A DNA stretch of 64,000 bases from Ignavibacteriota bacterium (GTDB lineage: Bacteria; Bacteroidota; Ignavibacteria; Palsa-1295), in assembly GCA_963787835.1 (NCBI GenBank), contig CAWBEI010000002.1, positions 1,216,001 through 1,280,000 on the forward strand, read 5' to 3'. The translations under genes were made by a program, and so were the position numbers. The notes below the pieces were generated by a model. The model worked only from the letters and a program-made list of their open reading frames with translations, was not told where the DNA came from and ran no database searches. Position 1 is the first letter of the stretch. Every line of letters begins with the position of its first letter. Below are positions 1-10,332 of this stretch, one piece after another.

Positions 1-328
1 AATCTGAAAGCAGATCACAGCTGAAACGCCGTGAGATCGGTTGGAACCTGAATTAAAACCATAGAACTCTAAAAAACAATCTGAAAGCAGATCACAGCCA
101 TTCAAAAGCCCCCGTCATTCGCGCTACAATTAAAACCATAGAACTCTAAAAAACAATCTGAAAGCAGATCACAGCTCCTTCGGTGTTTCCCGCTTATCCT
201 CCAGTATTAAAACCATAGAACTCTAAAAAACAATCTGAAAGCAGATCACAGCATCTCTGTTAGGGTGTCTGTTGAGTTGGTATTAAAACCAAAGAACTCT
301 AAAAAACAATCTGAAAGCAGATCACAGC
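1..328 (-). CRISPR. CRISPR array (truncated at window start), 47-bp repeat, 29-30-bp spacers, type II-C-like
   Basis: Repeat ATTAAAACCATAGAACTCTAAAAAACAATCTGAAAGCAGATCACAGC at 52-98, 129-175, 206-252, 282-328 (one substitution) and partial 1-21. Unique spacers 22-51, 99-128, 176-205, 253-281. The reverse complement starts GCTGTGATCTGCTTTCA, like Bacteroidota type II-C repeats; strand is inferred from that. No cas genes in the window. Confidence 0.95.
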
Positions 329-553
329 CCAGTTGTTCGTTTGCCATTGGTGCTTATGGTATAACAACACACAATTTGTAGGGTTAAAGTCCCCATTCGC
401 CCTAACTCTGTCCCGCAAAACCCCTTTCTGCGTCAACAATGGGGGTATGTTCACTGGCAGTCTCGCATCCCCCTAAACTTTCTCTATGAATTTTTCCTTT
501 TAAGGGAAGCGGGTAAACCGCGGGGGCGGTATGTCCCACTTTTCGACATCACT

Positions 554-1051
554 ATGAGCCAAGAAAGAAATCTTAATGTCGTGATCGTAGATGACGATCC
601 CACGATGTGCGAGATGGTACGCGATACGGTGGAAAAGAATATCCCCGGCGCGAGCGTGACCGTCTTTAATACCGGCGAGGACGCGCTGGCTGCGATCATG
701 TCGGAGCCGGATTTCGTGGTCCTCGATTATCAGTTGGATACCATCAAGCCGGATGCGATGAACGGTATTCAAGTCCTCTCCAAATTAAAGGCGCGCTTTG
801 CTAATTTGCCGGTCATTTTCTTAACCGGTCAGGACCGGATCGAGGTTGCCTCGAACACGATCAAGTACGGCGCCTACGATTATATCGTAAAGAACGAAAC
901 AGCATTTCATAAGCTGGAACTTGCATTCACCCAGCTTAAAAATCTCCGCTCCCTCAAAAAGACCAACGGCTTCCAGCGGACGATGAACCTGGTCTTCTGG
1001 GCGCTTGCGCTGGGGCTGATCGTCTATTTGATCTATTTACGGCTGCACTAA
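554..1051 (+). CDS. Response regulator receiver domain with C-terminal transmembrane helix
   Basis: VVIVDDD, LDYQL (phospho-Asp), FLTG, GAYDYIVK motifs; hydrophobic C-terminus LVFWALALGLIVYLIYL. Confidence 0.85.
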   Translation: MSQERNLNVVIVDDDPTMCEMVRDTVEKNIPGASVTVFNTGEDALAAIMSEPDFVVLDYQLDTIKPDAMNGIQVLSKLKARFANLPVIFLTGQDRIEVASNTIKYGAYDYIVKNETAFHKLELAFTQLKNLRSLKKTNGFQRTMNLVFWALALGLIVYLIYLRLH

Positions 1052-1058
1052 TCTATAG

Positions 1059-4046
1059 ATGATGATACGATGGTGCCAAACGGTGCGTACGAGGTTTCGC
1101 CTCGCGCTTATTGCGCTTGCCGTTCTTGTAATAGTTCCGATGCTGCCTGCAACACTCTTCGCGCAGGATCAACATTATTTTGACAGCCTGCACTCTGCGT
1201 ATGCCTTCGCCACGCAAGATACCGAACGGAGCGACCTGCTCCTGAAGCTCGCGACCGCGCTCGCCGATGCCGATACCGCAACGGCGATGAGCTACGCGCT
1301 TCAGTCCTACGATTATGCAAAAAAAGCAGGCGATGACCGCCGCGTAGCGAATGTGGAGTTATTCGAGGCGCATCAGTTCTCCAGCACCGGCCTTTACGAT
1401 AGCGCTCGCGCGAGGCTTTTGCACATTGTTCGGACGGCAGAGTCGCTGAAAGATTCCACCATCCTTGCGCAAGCCTATAGTCAGTTGGGTTGGAACGATC
1501 TTGAGATCGCAAGCTATGACGAAGCGCTGGAATACTTCCAAAATGGCCTCGATATTGTGCAGCGCAAGCAGGATTCTTCCGGGATCGGAAATGCGTACGA
1601 TAATCTCGGCTGCCTCTATCTCGATCAGCAGGAGCCAGAGAATGCGCTTAAGAATCTGCGGCTGGCTTTGGCGTATTCATCGCAAACGCGGGATATCCGG
1701 GCGATCGCGGCGATCTATAATAATATTGGGCTAAGCTACAACGGCCCAATGCATACGCTCTCGTTCGATGCACGGCTCGATAGCGCGCTCTTGTATTTTC
1801 GACACAGTGCGAAATTGTACGAAAGCGTCGATGACCGGAACCAGCTTGCTCGCATTCTCGGAAATGTCGGCAGTGTGTTCGAGAAAAAGGTGCAGATCGA
1901 TAGCGCGCTGTATTACGACCGGCAATCGGTGTATCTTCATGAGTCGCTTGGCCTGAACTCCACGTATGTGGCTCTTGCCTACGAACAGCTTGGGAATCTA
2001 TTTCTGCTGCTCCATCACTCCGATAGCGCATTTCATTATTTGAAGATCGCGCAATCCATCGACGAGGGCATCGGCGCCAAGCGGGGATTGGTCGATCTCT
2101 ATTTTAGCCTCGGTAAGGCGTATGCCTCGACGAACGATTATAAATCGGCATACGAGTATTTCCAAAAAGGCAGTTCGCTTCACGATTCGATCTACAGTGT
2201 GGACAAGAGTCGCATTCTTGCGGATATGGAAGCAAAATATCAAATGAGCAAGAACGAGCGAAAGATCGCCGCGCAAAACGAGCAGATCGCACAGGACCGC
2301 CTCGTCAATTACTCGATCATTGGCATTGTGGTGGTACTATGTCTTGTTGCGTTCGTTTTTTACCGCAATGACCGCAAGCTTCAACGCATCAATAAAGAAT
2401 TAGCCGCCGCAAAAGAACGCGCCGAAGCCAGCGAGCGCCTCGAACATCAGTTCCTTGCCAACATGAGCCACGAGATCCGCACGCCGATGAATGCGGTGCT
2501 CGGTATGACGACACTCCTGCTGGACACTCCGCTCAACCAAAAGCAGCGGGATTATCTCGAAGCCATTCATTCTTCGGCGGATAATCTGCTGGTGGTCATC
2601 AATGATATTCTCGATCTCTCCAAGCTTCAGGCCGGCAAGATGGAGTTTGAGCGCATTCCGTTCCGTCTGCAAGACGTCACGAGTCATGCACTGGAGATCA
2701 TGCGCTTCAAAGCAGAAGCGAAAGGCTTAGTGCTCTCCGAGGATATTTCTGAATCCACGCCGAAGGTGATCCTTGGCGATCCTGCACGGCTTTCGCAGGT
2801 GCTGATGAATCTGCTGAGCAATGCCGTGAAGTTCACGGACACCGGCTCGGTGCGGCTTATCGTAAGCGCGGTTGCTGCCGGGGATCGCAAGATGAACGTT
2901 CGGCTTGCCGTCCGCGATACGGGAATCGGCATTCCCAAAGAGAAGCTGAAATCGGTATTCGATTCTTTTTCCCAGGCCGATGCCGAAACTTCCCGCAAAT
3001 ATGGCGGTACAGGACTTGGGCTGACCATCTCCCGGAATTTCGTGGAACTCCAGGGCGGGCATATCAATGTGACGAGTGAACCAGGCAAAGGATCGGAATT
3101 CTCGATCACGATGCCGTTCGAAGTGGCAAGCGAAACCGTGATCGTTGCGCCAGAGGAAACAGCATCACTCGATGCAGCGTCGCTTCGAGGCATGCGCGTG
3201 CTTCTCGTCGAGGATAACGAGTACAATCAGATCGTGCTCGGCGACACGCTCCACAATATGATTCCGGAAGTGTCCGTGGAGATCGCATCGAACGGACGTG
3301 AAGCGATCACACTCCTGCAAAATTTTGCATTCGATCTCGTCCTCATGGACGTGCAAATGCCCGAGATGGACGGCATCGAAGCGACCAAATACATACGTGC
3401 TCATTTACCGCGTGGCAAGCGGGAGGTGCCCATCATTGCGCTTACTGCCAGCGTGATCAAATCCGAGATCGATCGCGCATTCGCCGCCGGAATGAATGAT
3501 TATGTGCCAAAGCCGTTTAAACAAGACGAATTATTCCGCGTGATAGCTAAATACTTTAAGGGTAGATCGAAACATCCTGCTTCGGCGGACTCGCCGGATA
3601 GCAAATCGACTGTGAACTCCGGATTAGATACCGCTGGCCAGAACGATCAGCTGGCAGCATCGCAGCCGCAGGGTGCCCCGGCATCAACTGCTCCTGCTGC
3701 GGTATCAGCTACTCCGGTCACCGATCTTTCTTCGCTCAAGGAGATCACCGGCGGCAATGACGAACAGCTCAAGAAATACATCCGCATGTTCTTGGATGGC
3801 GTCCCGAGCCAATTAGAATCCGTTGGCGATGCCATCGCCCAGAACGATCTCGATAATGCGCGGCGTAAGATACACGCCATGAAGCCGCACCTGAAATTCA
3901 TGGGAATGAAAACCGCCGCCGGGTTCGCAGAGACGATCGAACAGCTCTGTGCCGACCACAAAGATCCCGCACAGGTCAGCGAGAAATTCGCGCTCGTGCG
4001 CGCCCACTGCGAGCAAGCCATCGGCGAATTGCGTGCGCGGTTGTAA
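1059..4046 (+). CDS. Hybrid sensor histidine kinase (TPR sensor, TM, HisKA, HATPase, REC, Hpt)
   Basis: FLANMSHEIRTPMN H-box, NLLSNAVKF N-box, DTGIG and GGTGLGL G-boxes, LMDVQMP receiver, IHAMKP Hpt, TPR-like N-terminal repeats. Confidence 0.93.
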   Translation: MMIRWCQTVRTRFRLALIALAVLVIVPMLPATLFAQDQHYFDSLHSAYAFATQDTERSDLLLKLATALADADTATAMSYALQSYDYAKKAGDDRRVANVELFEAHQFSSTGLYDSARARLLHIVRTAESLKDSTILAQAYSQLGWNDLEIASYDEALEYFQNGLDIVQRKQDSSGIGNAYDNLGCLYLDQQEPENALKNLRLALAYSSQTRDIRAIAAIYNNIGLSYNGPMHTLSFDARLDSALLYFRHSAKLYESVDDRNQLARILGNVGSVFEKKVQIDSALYYDRQSVYLHESLGLNSTYVALAYEQLGNLFLLLHHSDSAFHYLKIAQSIDEGIGAKRGLVDLYFSLGKAYASTNDYKSAYEYFQKGSSLHDSIYSVDKSRILADMEAKYQMSKNERKIAAQNEQIAQDRLVNYSIIGIVVVLCLVAFVFYRNDRKLQRINKELAAAKERAEASERLEHQFLANMSHEIRTPMNAVLGMTTLLLDTPLNQKQRDYLEAIHSSADNLLVVINDILDLSKLQAGKMEFERIPFRLQDVTSHALEIMRFKAEAKGLVLSEDISESTPKVILGDPARLSQVLMNLLSNAVKFTDTGSVRLIVSAVAAGDRKMNVRLAVRDTGIGIPKEKLKSVFDSFSQADAETSRKYGGTGLGLTISRNFVELQGGHINVTSEPGKGSEFSITMPFEVASETVIVAPEETASLDAASLRGMRVLLVEDNEYNQIVLGDTLHNMIPEVSVEIASNGREAITLLQNFAFDLVLMDVQMPEMDGIEATKYIRAHLPRGKREVPIIALTASVIKSEIDRAFAAGMNDYVPKPFKQDELFRVIAKYFKGRSKHPASADSPDSKSTVNSGLDTAGQNDQLAASQPQGAPASTAPAAVSATPVTDLSSLKEITGGNDEQLKKYIRMFLDGVPSQLESVGDAIAQNDLDNARRKIHAMKPHLKFMGMKTAAGFAETIEQLCADHKDPAQVSEKFALVRAHCEQAIGELRARL

Positions 4047-4092
4047 TTATTTTTTGCTTTTTCCTCGTTTCTGATTTTATTCTTGTTCGTCT

Positions 4093-5517
4093 ATGCTCAC
4101 ACTTCAATTTCTTGGCGCAGCCGGACAAGTAACCGGCTCGAAATATTTTCTCCGAACGGCAACGCATCGCGGTCTGCTCGTCGATTGCGGGCTGTTCCAG
4201 GGCGGCCACGAACTGCGCCAGATGAACTGGAACCCGCTGCCGATCCAGATCTCGGATATTGCCAATGTTGTGCTTACGCACGCGCACCTGGATCACACCG
4301 GTTACCTGCCAAAGCTTGCAACGAGTGGTTTTGCAGGACAAGTATGGTGTACGCCCGCCACGCTCGATGTCACCCAATATATTCTTCGCGATAGTGCCCA
4401 TATTCAGGAGGAAGATGCGTTGACCGCGAACCGTCGTCATTATTCTCGTCATAAACCGGCGTTGCCGCTCTATTCTTCGGAAGATGCAGCAAAGGCGCTC
4501 GGAATGTTTCATGTGATGGACCGGCACAAAAAGAAAGTGCTGCCCGATGATATTAGCTTCGAGTATTCGAACGCCGGGCATATTCTTGGCTCATGCTCCG
4601 TCCGCTTTGAGAAGCTCTTTGATCCGGAGACCGGAAGTACTTCGCCACGAGAGCCGATTTCTGTTCTATTTTCCGGCGATCTTGGCCGCGAAAATCCTAT
4701 TTATCTCAATCCGCGAGAAGCGCCGCCTGCCGCGGATTTCGTTGTGTGTGAATCGACGTATGGAGATAAATTCCATAATGCGATCGATCCGACGGAAGAA
4801 CTATTTGGCATTGTCAAAGAGGTGCTGGCCTCGAACGCCGTGCTGCTCATTCCAGCCTTTGCGGTCGATCGCGCGCAGGAATTGATCTTCTGTCTCAACA
4901 ATCTAATCGAGACGGGCAGAATTCCCGCGATCCCCACTTACGTCGATAGCCCGATGGCAACATCCGTTACGGCTTTATACGAGAAATACTGCGATGAACA
5001 CCGCATTTCGCCGGAAGAACTACAGTCGCAGGATAAGAACCCACTATCCTTCTCATCGCTGAAGTTCACGCAGACGATCGATGATTCGAAGCGATTGAAC
5101 GATCTGAAAGGTCCGGCGATCATCATCAGTGCCAGCGGCATGGCGACCGGCGGGCGTATCATGCACCATCTTGCCAACCGGCTCAACCGGCCCGATACGA
5201 TCGTGCTCTTCACCGGCTATCAGGCCGAAGAAACGCTGGGCCGCGAACTGATGAATGGCGCAAAGACTGCGATGATCTTTGGCGAAAAAATTCCAGTCGC
5301 GGCAAAAATTCTCACGCTCACCAATTTCAGTGCACACTCCGACCAACGGGAGATCATGGACTGGCTAAAGCAGCTTCCGAAAGCGCCGAAGCGTATTTTC
5401 CTTACACACGGAGAGGATGGCCCGCGTACCGTCCTAAAAGGAGTGATCGAGAAAGAGCTTGGCTGGAATGTGGTGCTGCCAAAACTGAATGATATTGTAG
5501 ATCTGACAACGATGTGA
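4093..5517 (+). CDS. MBL-fold/beta-CASP metallo-hydrolase (RNA-processing nuclease family)
   Basis: LTHAHLDH, AGHILG, FSGDLG, ESTYG, SASGMATGGR, FSAHSD motifs. Confidence 0.9.
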   Translation: MLTLQFLGAAGQVTGSKYFLRTATHRGLLVDCGLFQGGHELRQMNWNPLPIQISDIANVVLTHAHLDHTGYLPKLATSGFAGQVWCTPATLDVTQYILRDSAHIQEEDALTANRRHYSRHKPALPLYSSEDAAKALGMFHVMDRHKKKVLPDDISFEYSNAGHILGSCSVRFEKLFDPETGSTSPREPISVLFSGDLGRENPIYLNPREAPPAADFVVCESTYGDKFHNAIDPTEELFGIVKEVLASNAVLLIPAFAVDRAQELIFCLNNLIETGRIPAIPTYVDSPMATSVTALYEKYCDEHRISPEELQSQDKNPLSFSSLKFTQTIDDSKRLNDLKGPAIIISASGMATGGRIMHHLANRLNRPDTIVLFTGYQAEETLGRELMNGAKTAMIFGEKIPVAAKILTLTNFSAHSDQREIMDWLKQLPKAPKRIFLTHGEDGPRTVLKGVIEKELGWNVVLPKLNDIVDLTTM

Positions 5518-5533
5518 ACGACGATCTTTTTAA

Positions 5534-5957
5534 TGTCATCCTGAGCGAAGCAAATCGTAGCGGAGCGGAGATTTGCGAAGTCGAAGGATCGGTTGTTATG
5601 CTATGAAATCGTATTACGTTTACATTCTAAGAAATCGAACGGCGGTTCTATACATCGGAGTCACAAACGATCTTCAACGACGGCTTTATGAGCATAAGAA
5701 CAGGATGATTGCAGGATTCACTCATCGGTATAATATTGATCGGCTTATCTATTTTGAGACCTTCGACGATGTGAACATCGCGATTCACCGTGAGAAACAG
5801 TTGAAAGGCTGGACTCGCGAAAAAAAGCTTCGACTCATTCAATCCTCAAATCCAAATTTGGAGGAGATCTCTTTTGACTGAAATGGTGGAAATTACACCC
5901 GATTCTTCGACTTCGCAAATCTCCGCTCCGCTGCGATTTGCTTCGCTCAGAATGACA
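5534..5957 (+). mobile_element. GIY-YIG gene flanked by 59-bp inverted repeats (family A)
   Basis: IR 5534-5592 and 5899-5957, 56/59 complementary, termini TGTCAT/ATGACA, each with an internal hairpin; mobility is inferred. Confidence 0.7.
5603..5881 (+). CDS. Stand-alone GIY-YIG nuclease (92 aa)
   Basis: YVYI..LYIGVTNDLQRRLYEH..GFT..REKQLKGW; ATG at 5603. Confidence 0.9.
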   Translation: MKSYYVYILRNRTAVLYIGVTNDLQRRLYEHKNRMIAGFTHRYNIDRLIYFETFDDVNIAIHREKQLKGWTREKKLRLIQSSNPNLEEISFD

Positions 5958-8858
5958 AAAGTCCTGAAGGTTCTGAGTCTCGGATGTGTTATTTGCTTAT
6001 TGTTAAATTTAGTCTGTCCGTCTGCCCCTCGCGCGCAACTTCTTGGCATCACCGGAGCAAATCATCCGGAACTGCACTGGCAGCAAATCGAGACTGAGCA
6101 TTTTGTTCTGATCTATCATCAGGGTCTCGATTCCATCGTTCGCACTGCCGCGCCGATCGCGGAGGAAGTGTATCATGTCGTCACCACGAATCTTCAAACT
6201 CCGCTTTCTGCTAAGATCCGGATCTATTTTTCAGACAACGACGAGGAGCGCAATGCCTTCACCTTTGGGGATGATTATATATTTATTTGGATGCGTGGCA
6301 TTCTCGACGATAATTTATTTTCGCTTCGAGCGAGCGGTACATCGAAATGGCTGCGCTCTGTTATCACGCATGAATTCACACACATCGTTATTGCACTTGC
6401 TACGCATACCTGGGCGGACTACTTTTTCCCTGCAGGAGTGTTACAAGTTCCACGCTGGTTTAACGAAGGCATGGCCCGTTACATGGAACCAGATGGCTGG
6501 ACGAACGATCTGGACATTGCTCTCCGGGTATCCGCCGTTTCGAGCAAGTTGAATCTCGGCCTTGACGATTTTTTGAGTGGAACACTGCTCTATGAAGGAG
6601 GTCAATCACTCGTTCGGTATATTGCCGTAACGTATGGCGATAGCTCGCTCGTCAAAATCCTGAAATATCGTGGGGAATCATCGTTCTCCTATAATTTTGA
6701 AAGAGCTGTTAAGGGTGTTACCAACCACTCTCTCGACGAGATCTACGAAGAGTGGCATAAGGTGCTCAATGTGTATTACAACACACAATTTGGGCAAAAA
6801 GAAGACATTGAGGACATTGCGCGAAAGATTCCGACGCAGCTTGCGATCGTTGGTGCGGCACGGCTTGCGCCCGATGGCAAGCGAATTGCCGTGCTCGGCA
6901 AACGGGCGATCGATGCTCCTGCCAAATTGTATATCCTTGCGAATGATACTGGAACAGATCCAAAACGCCTGACCGAGGAGCCGGGGATCGAGCCATATCT
7001 GAGTTGGTCGCCCGACGGGAAATATCTCCTATTCTCGAAAATTCGGTTTGGTGATCATGGCGATCTTGTGTATGACTTATTCCGGTGTAATGCGGAGTCC
7101 GGCGATCTGGAACGGATCTCGTCGAACGAACGGCTCGAATATCCTGATTGGTCACCGGATGGCAAGACGATTGTCGCAGCGCAGTTCGATCGGTCGGGTT
7201 CCGACCTGGTGCTCCTGAATGCTGATGGAAGCAATTTGCAAAAACTTACAAACTTCAATGATGATAATGTGGAAGTGTATTCTCCACGGTGGTCCCCCGA
7301 TGGCAAGCAGGTCGCATTCAGCATTTTTCGAAAGAATGGAATGCGCGATGTTGCTACTGTTGATATTAATTCAAGAGAAATTCATGACCTGACGAATGAT
7401 TCGATCAACGATCGCTATCCGGTTTGGTCGCCAAAGGGAGATTCGATCGTATTTCTTTCATTTAAGAATGGAATTCCGAATTTGTATTCCATAGGAACCC
7501 GTGGGCACAATGAACCGAGTGGAGAATACGGGAAAGAATTGACCGATGTGGCTTCCAACATATTGGCTTGGGATATTGCCAAAGATTCCATTCTTGTGAC
7601 ATCATTCACGTCGCGAAATTCGGTCGATCTGTTTTGGTTGAATGCCAAGCGGTCTGTTACGTCTGCTCCGAGTGTGCCGCTTGCGAAGAAATACACTGCC
7701 TGGCGAACGGTTCGCTGGCCGCTGGTTACGAGGCCGCCGGATTCGCTTCCACCACTTCGTTTATCCAGCTCGGAGGCCTATCATTCGCTGGCTCACATTA
7801 GCCCGATCTTATTCGCACCGATCATAGGATCGGATATTACACATACCGGCGGAGGAGGGGCACAATGGGGTGGCCTTGGGATCTTCACCGATGCCATGCA
7901 AAAACATCTGTTTGAACCGTTCGCATGGTATGGGGATGCCTCGAACAAACTCTCGTACGGGTTTAGTTATGTGAACGATCAGCTGCTACCATCGATCACG
8001 GTCGGTGCTCAAGATGTGGTTGCGTTCCAGGATGTCATTCAGGATATTGCCTATTATGAGCATACGCAAAGCGCAGATCTTGGGATCGATTTCGCGCTCC
8101 ACACGCCAAACTCGCTTCTCGATCTGCATAACGTCTTTATTGGCGGCCAGTGGGAAAAGTTACAGCCGTGGAACGAAGTGCAATTTAGCGCGGTCGATTC
8201 CAATAAACGCCCGATCGCTGCTACGATGCTCGAGCTTGGGGCCGGATATGAGTATCTGTCTCCGCTGTTTCAAATGGGCGCATTGGGGGAACATGCAGAT
8301 AAAAACCTCGGCAGCGATCTGACGCGCACGCGACTGCGGGGGTTCCTCCATAAGCAATTTGCATTGGATGATAACGATGACCGGCAGCTCGCATTTATCT
8401 TGCATGGCGCAGCGGATTATGGCGATGAGTTACCCCAGGATTTCCTCGGTTTCTATAAATATGATGCGTTCGAGGAAGGATTTAATCTTGCCACCATCCA
8501 CGAGCGCGACCGCCTGCGCGGTATCCGGCAATACTATTATGGGAATCGGTTACTTAGCGGAACAGCAGAGTTGCGTGGCGCCGATGAGGTATTCCGCGCC
8601 TTATTGCCAATACTGAACCCGTTTCATCCTCAACTTGTCGAATTTTTCGATATTGGATCGACCTGGTATGCTAACGCCCCCTCCAATAATCCTAACGTGA
8701 CGATCACGCCGCTCTCCAAGACGCAGTGGCTGAAGACCGCTGGTATCGAGCTTCGCTCGGAAGTTGGCTTCGATGCTGCTATCGAAGGCGGGGTGGGATG
8801 GGAACTGGTGAAGAACTCTTCTGCCGACCTGTTCATCCGTATTACGGACCTTTTTTAG
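5952..8858 (+). CDS. Secreted gluzincin-type peptidase domain + PD40/TolB-like propeller + beta-rich C-terminal domain
   Basis: ITHEFTH..WFNEG zinc motif; repeated WSPDGK; signal peptide from ATG 5952 (start inferred, inside the inverted repeat). Confidence 0.75.
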   Translation: MTKVLKVLSLGCVICLLLNLVCPSAPRAQLLGITGANHPELHWQQIETEHFVLIYHQGLDSIVRTAAPIAEEVYHVVTTNLQTPLSAKIRIYFSDNDEERNAFTFGDDYIFIWMRGILDDNLFSLRASGTSKWLRSVITHEFTHIVIALATHTWADYFFPAGVLQVPRWFNEGMARYMEPDGWTNDLDIALRVSAVSSKLNLGLDDFLSGTLLYEGGQSLVRYIAVTYGDSSLVKILKYRGESSFSYNFERAVKGVTNHSLDEIYEEWHKVLNVYYNTQFGQKEDIEDIARKIPTQLAIVGAARLAPDGKRIAVLGKRAIDAPAKLYILANDTGTDPKRLTEEPGIEPYLSWSPDGKYLLFSKIRFGDHGDLVYDLFRCNAESGDLERISSNERLEYPDWSPDGKTIVAAQFDRSGSDLVLLNADGSNLQKLTNFNDDNVEVYSPRWSPDGKQVAFSIFRKNGMRDVATVDINSREIHDLTNDSINDRYPVWSPKGDSIVFLSFKNGIPNLYSIGTRGHNEPSGEYGKELTDVASNILAWDIAKDSILVTSFTSRNSVDLFWLNAKRSVTSAPSVPLAKKYTAWRTVRWPLVTRPPDSLPPLRLSSSEAYHSLAHISPILFAPIIGSDITHTGGGGAQWGGLGIFTDAMQKHLFEPFAWYGDASNKLSYGFSYVNDQLLPSITVGAQDVVAFQDVIQDIAYYEHTQSADLGIDFALHTPNSLLDLHNVFIGGQWEKLQPWNEVQFSAVDSNKRPIAATMLELGAGYEYLSPLFQMGALGEHADKNLGSDLTRTRLRGFLHKQFALDDNDDRQLAFILHGAADYGDELPQDFLGFYKYDAFEEGFNLATIHERDRLRGIRQYYYGNRLLSGTAELRGADEVFRALLPILNPFHPQLVEFFDIGSTWYANAPSNNPNVTITPLSKTQWLKTAGIELRSEVGFDAAIEGGVGWELVKNSSADLFIRITDLF

Positions 8859-8867
8859 CCGGAACCC

Positions 8868-8898
8868 TTGACTTTCGCTCCATAATTTCGTATCTTTG
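8868..8898 (+). promoter_or_regulatory. Putative housekeeping promoter
   Basis: TTGACT-17 nt-TATCTT(TG) upstream of the ftsB-like gene; the same CGTATCTTTG occurs before pyrF. Confidence 0.5.
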
Positions 8899-8917
8899 TA
8901 AATAGTTTTGCTCTATT

Positions 8918-9232
8918 ATGGCTCGAACATCTCTCAAAAAGCGGCTGAAGCGAATATTGCGCTCGCCGCGATCGCTGCTCATCACTGGCATCCTGACCGT
9001 TCTAACGACCACCCTGCTCTTTGCAAATAAAGGCTTGTGGCGCCATCTGGAGATCCGTCATCAGGTATCGGATCGCCGTGCCCAGCTTGCCAAACTTCAA
9101 CAGGATGAAGCGAACGTTACCCGCGCGGTTACGTTCCTTAAGCTCGAAGATGCTTCGACCATCGAACGCATTGCTCGCGAACGCTATGGCATGAAACGCC
9201 CCGGTGAGACGATATACACAATTAAGAATTGA
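8918..9232 (+). CDS. ftsB: Septum formation initiator (FtsB/DivIC family)
   Basis: TM helix, coiled coil, IERIARERYGMKRPGE motif. Confidence 0.8.
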   Translation: MARTSLKKRLKRILRSPRSLLITGILTVLTTTLLFANKGLWRHLEIRHQVSDRRAQLAKLQQDEANVTRAVTFLKLEDASTIERIARERYGMKRPGETIYTIKN

Positions 9233-9319
9233 GAATTAATAATTAAGAATTTGGGCTCATCGCTCCTGAAGTTTTGCTATTATTCCTAACTATTAATTCT
9301 TAATTCTTACTTATTAACT
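9220..9319. repeat. Inverted pair of heptamer tandem arrays (AATTAAG type)
   Basis: AATTAAG AATTGAG AATTAAT AATTAAG at 9220-9252; degenerate complementary array at 9282-9319. Confidence 0.75.
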
Positions 9320-9323
9320 GTCC

Positions 9324-10268
9324 TTGCTTCTCGGAATTGATATTGGCGGTACAACGGTCAAGCTTGGTGTCGTCGATGCCACAAATGGAAGTATTGTAGC
9401 CGAATCCGCCTTCCCAACGCCTCAGACGGGCTCCCGCAGTGTGGCAGTGGAAATCGCCGAGCGGGTTCGCGAAATACGATCGGCATATCCCGAGATCGTG
9501 CGAATGGGAGTTGGAGTTCCGGGTGCAATGAACCAGGATCGATCTCTGGTACGGTATCCTCCCAACTTGATCGGTTGGAAAGAGGAACCGCTGAAAAAAT
9601 ATCTCCAGGAATTACTTCCGGACTTTGAAAGGATCGAAGTAGATAACGATGCAAATGTTGCGGCGCTGGCTGAAGCAAAGCTTGGCGCTGGCCGCGGACT
9701 TTCCCATTTCCTGCTCGTAACGCTCGGAACCGGAATTGGAGGAGCAGTTTATGCAACCGAGGGAACATTTCAAGGAATATATCGCGGCGCTTCCGGCGGT
9801 GCGGGGGAGTTCGGGCATACCTCTATTGATCTGAATGGCCCGAACTGCAATTGCGGCTCACGAGGATGCATAGAAGCCTATCTCGGTCAACACTATCTCT
9901 CGGAACGGACAAAACAGAAGCTTGTCCACGATCCCTCCATTTCGTCCACCTTGTCCAAAGAGTTAGGCGAACTCACTCCAAAGATCATTGCAAATGCAAT
10001 GAATAATGGCGATGCTTTCGCAAAAAGCATATTCGAAGAAGCCGGAATGCTGCTCGGCGTTGCGCTCGCGAATGTGGCCAATCTTCTCGATATGCATACA
10101 TTTATTCTTGGCGGTGGTGTAGCCGATGCGGGGGATGTATTATTTGAATCGGCTCATGCTACACTTCGCTCGCGCGTACTTGCTAATCTTCGTCCTGTAG
10201 TAGAAATTCGGAGGGCTGCATTTGGAAATCGTGCCGGAATGATTGGGGCTGCGCTCTTGGTGGGATAA
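9324..10268 (+). CDS. ROK family sugar kinase (glucokinase-like)
   Basis: GIDIGGT, DNDANVAALAE, TLGTGIGG, GEFGH, CNCGSRGCIE. Confidence 0.92.
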   Translation: MLLGIDIGGTTVKLGVVDATNGSIVAESAFPTPQTGSRSVAVEIAERVREIRSAYPEIVRMGVGVPGAMNQDRSLVRYPPNLIGWKEEPLKKYLQELLPDFERIEVDNDANVAALAEAKLGAGRGLSHFLLVTLGTGIGGAVYATEGTFQGIYRGASGGAGEFGHTSIDLNGPNCNCGSRGCIEAYLGQHYLSERTKQKLVHDPSISSTLSKELGELTPKIIANAMNNGDAFAKSIFEEAGMLLGVALANVANLLDMHTFILGGGVADAGDVLFESAHATLRSRVLANLRPVVEIRRAAFGNRAGMIGAALLVG

Positions 10269-10332
10269 TCTGAGCATTGTGCTCGAACTCCGGTTTCGAG
10301 GTATCAGCCGTTTTTCGTTGTATTTTTGTTGT

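Noticed and set aside
329-553. tracrRNA or anti-repeat next to the CRISPR array
   Set aside because: No convincing complementarity to the repeat found by eye
5874-5951. Upstream TTG start for the peptidase gene; likewise the 40941, 39302 and 29176 starts
   Set aside because: These extensions only translate the repeat arms; better starts lie downstream
5534-5957. Classical IS or group I intron homing-endonuclease interpretation
   Set aside because: No DDE/HUH transposase, no target-site duplication, no intron core, and no host gene is interrupted
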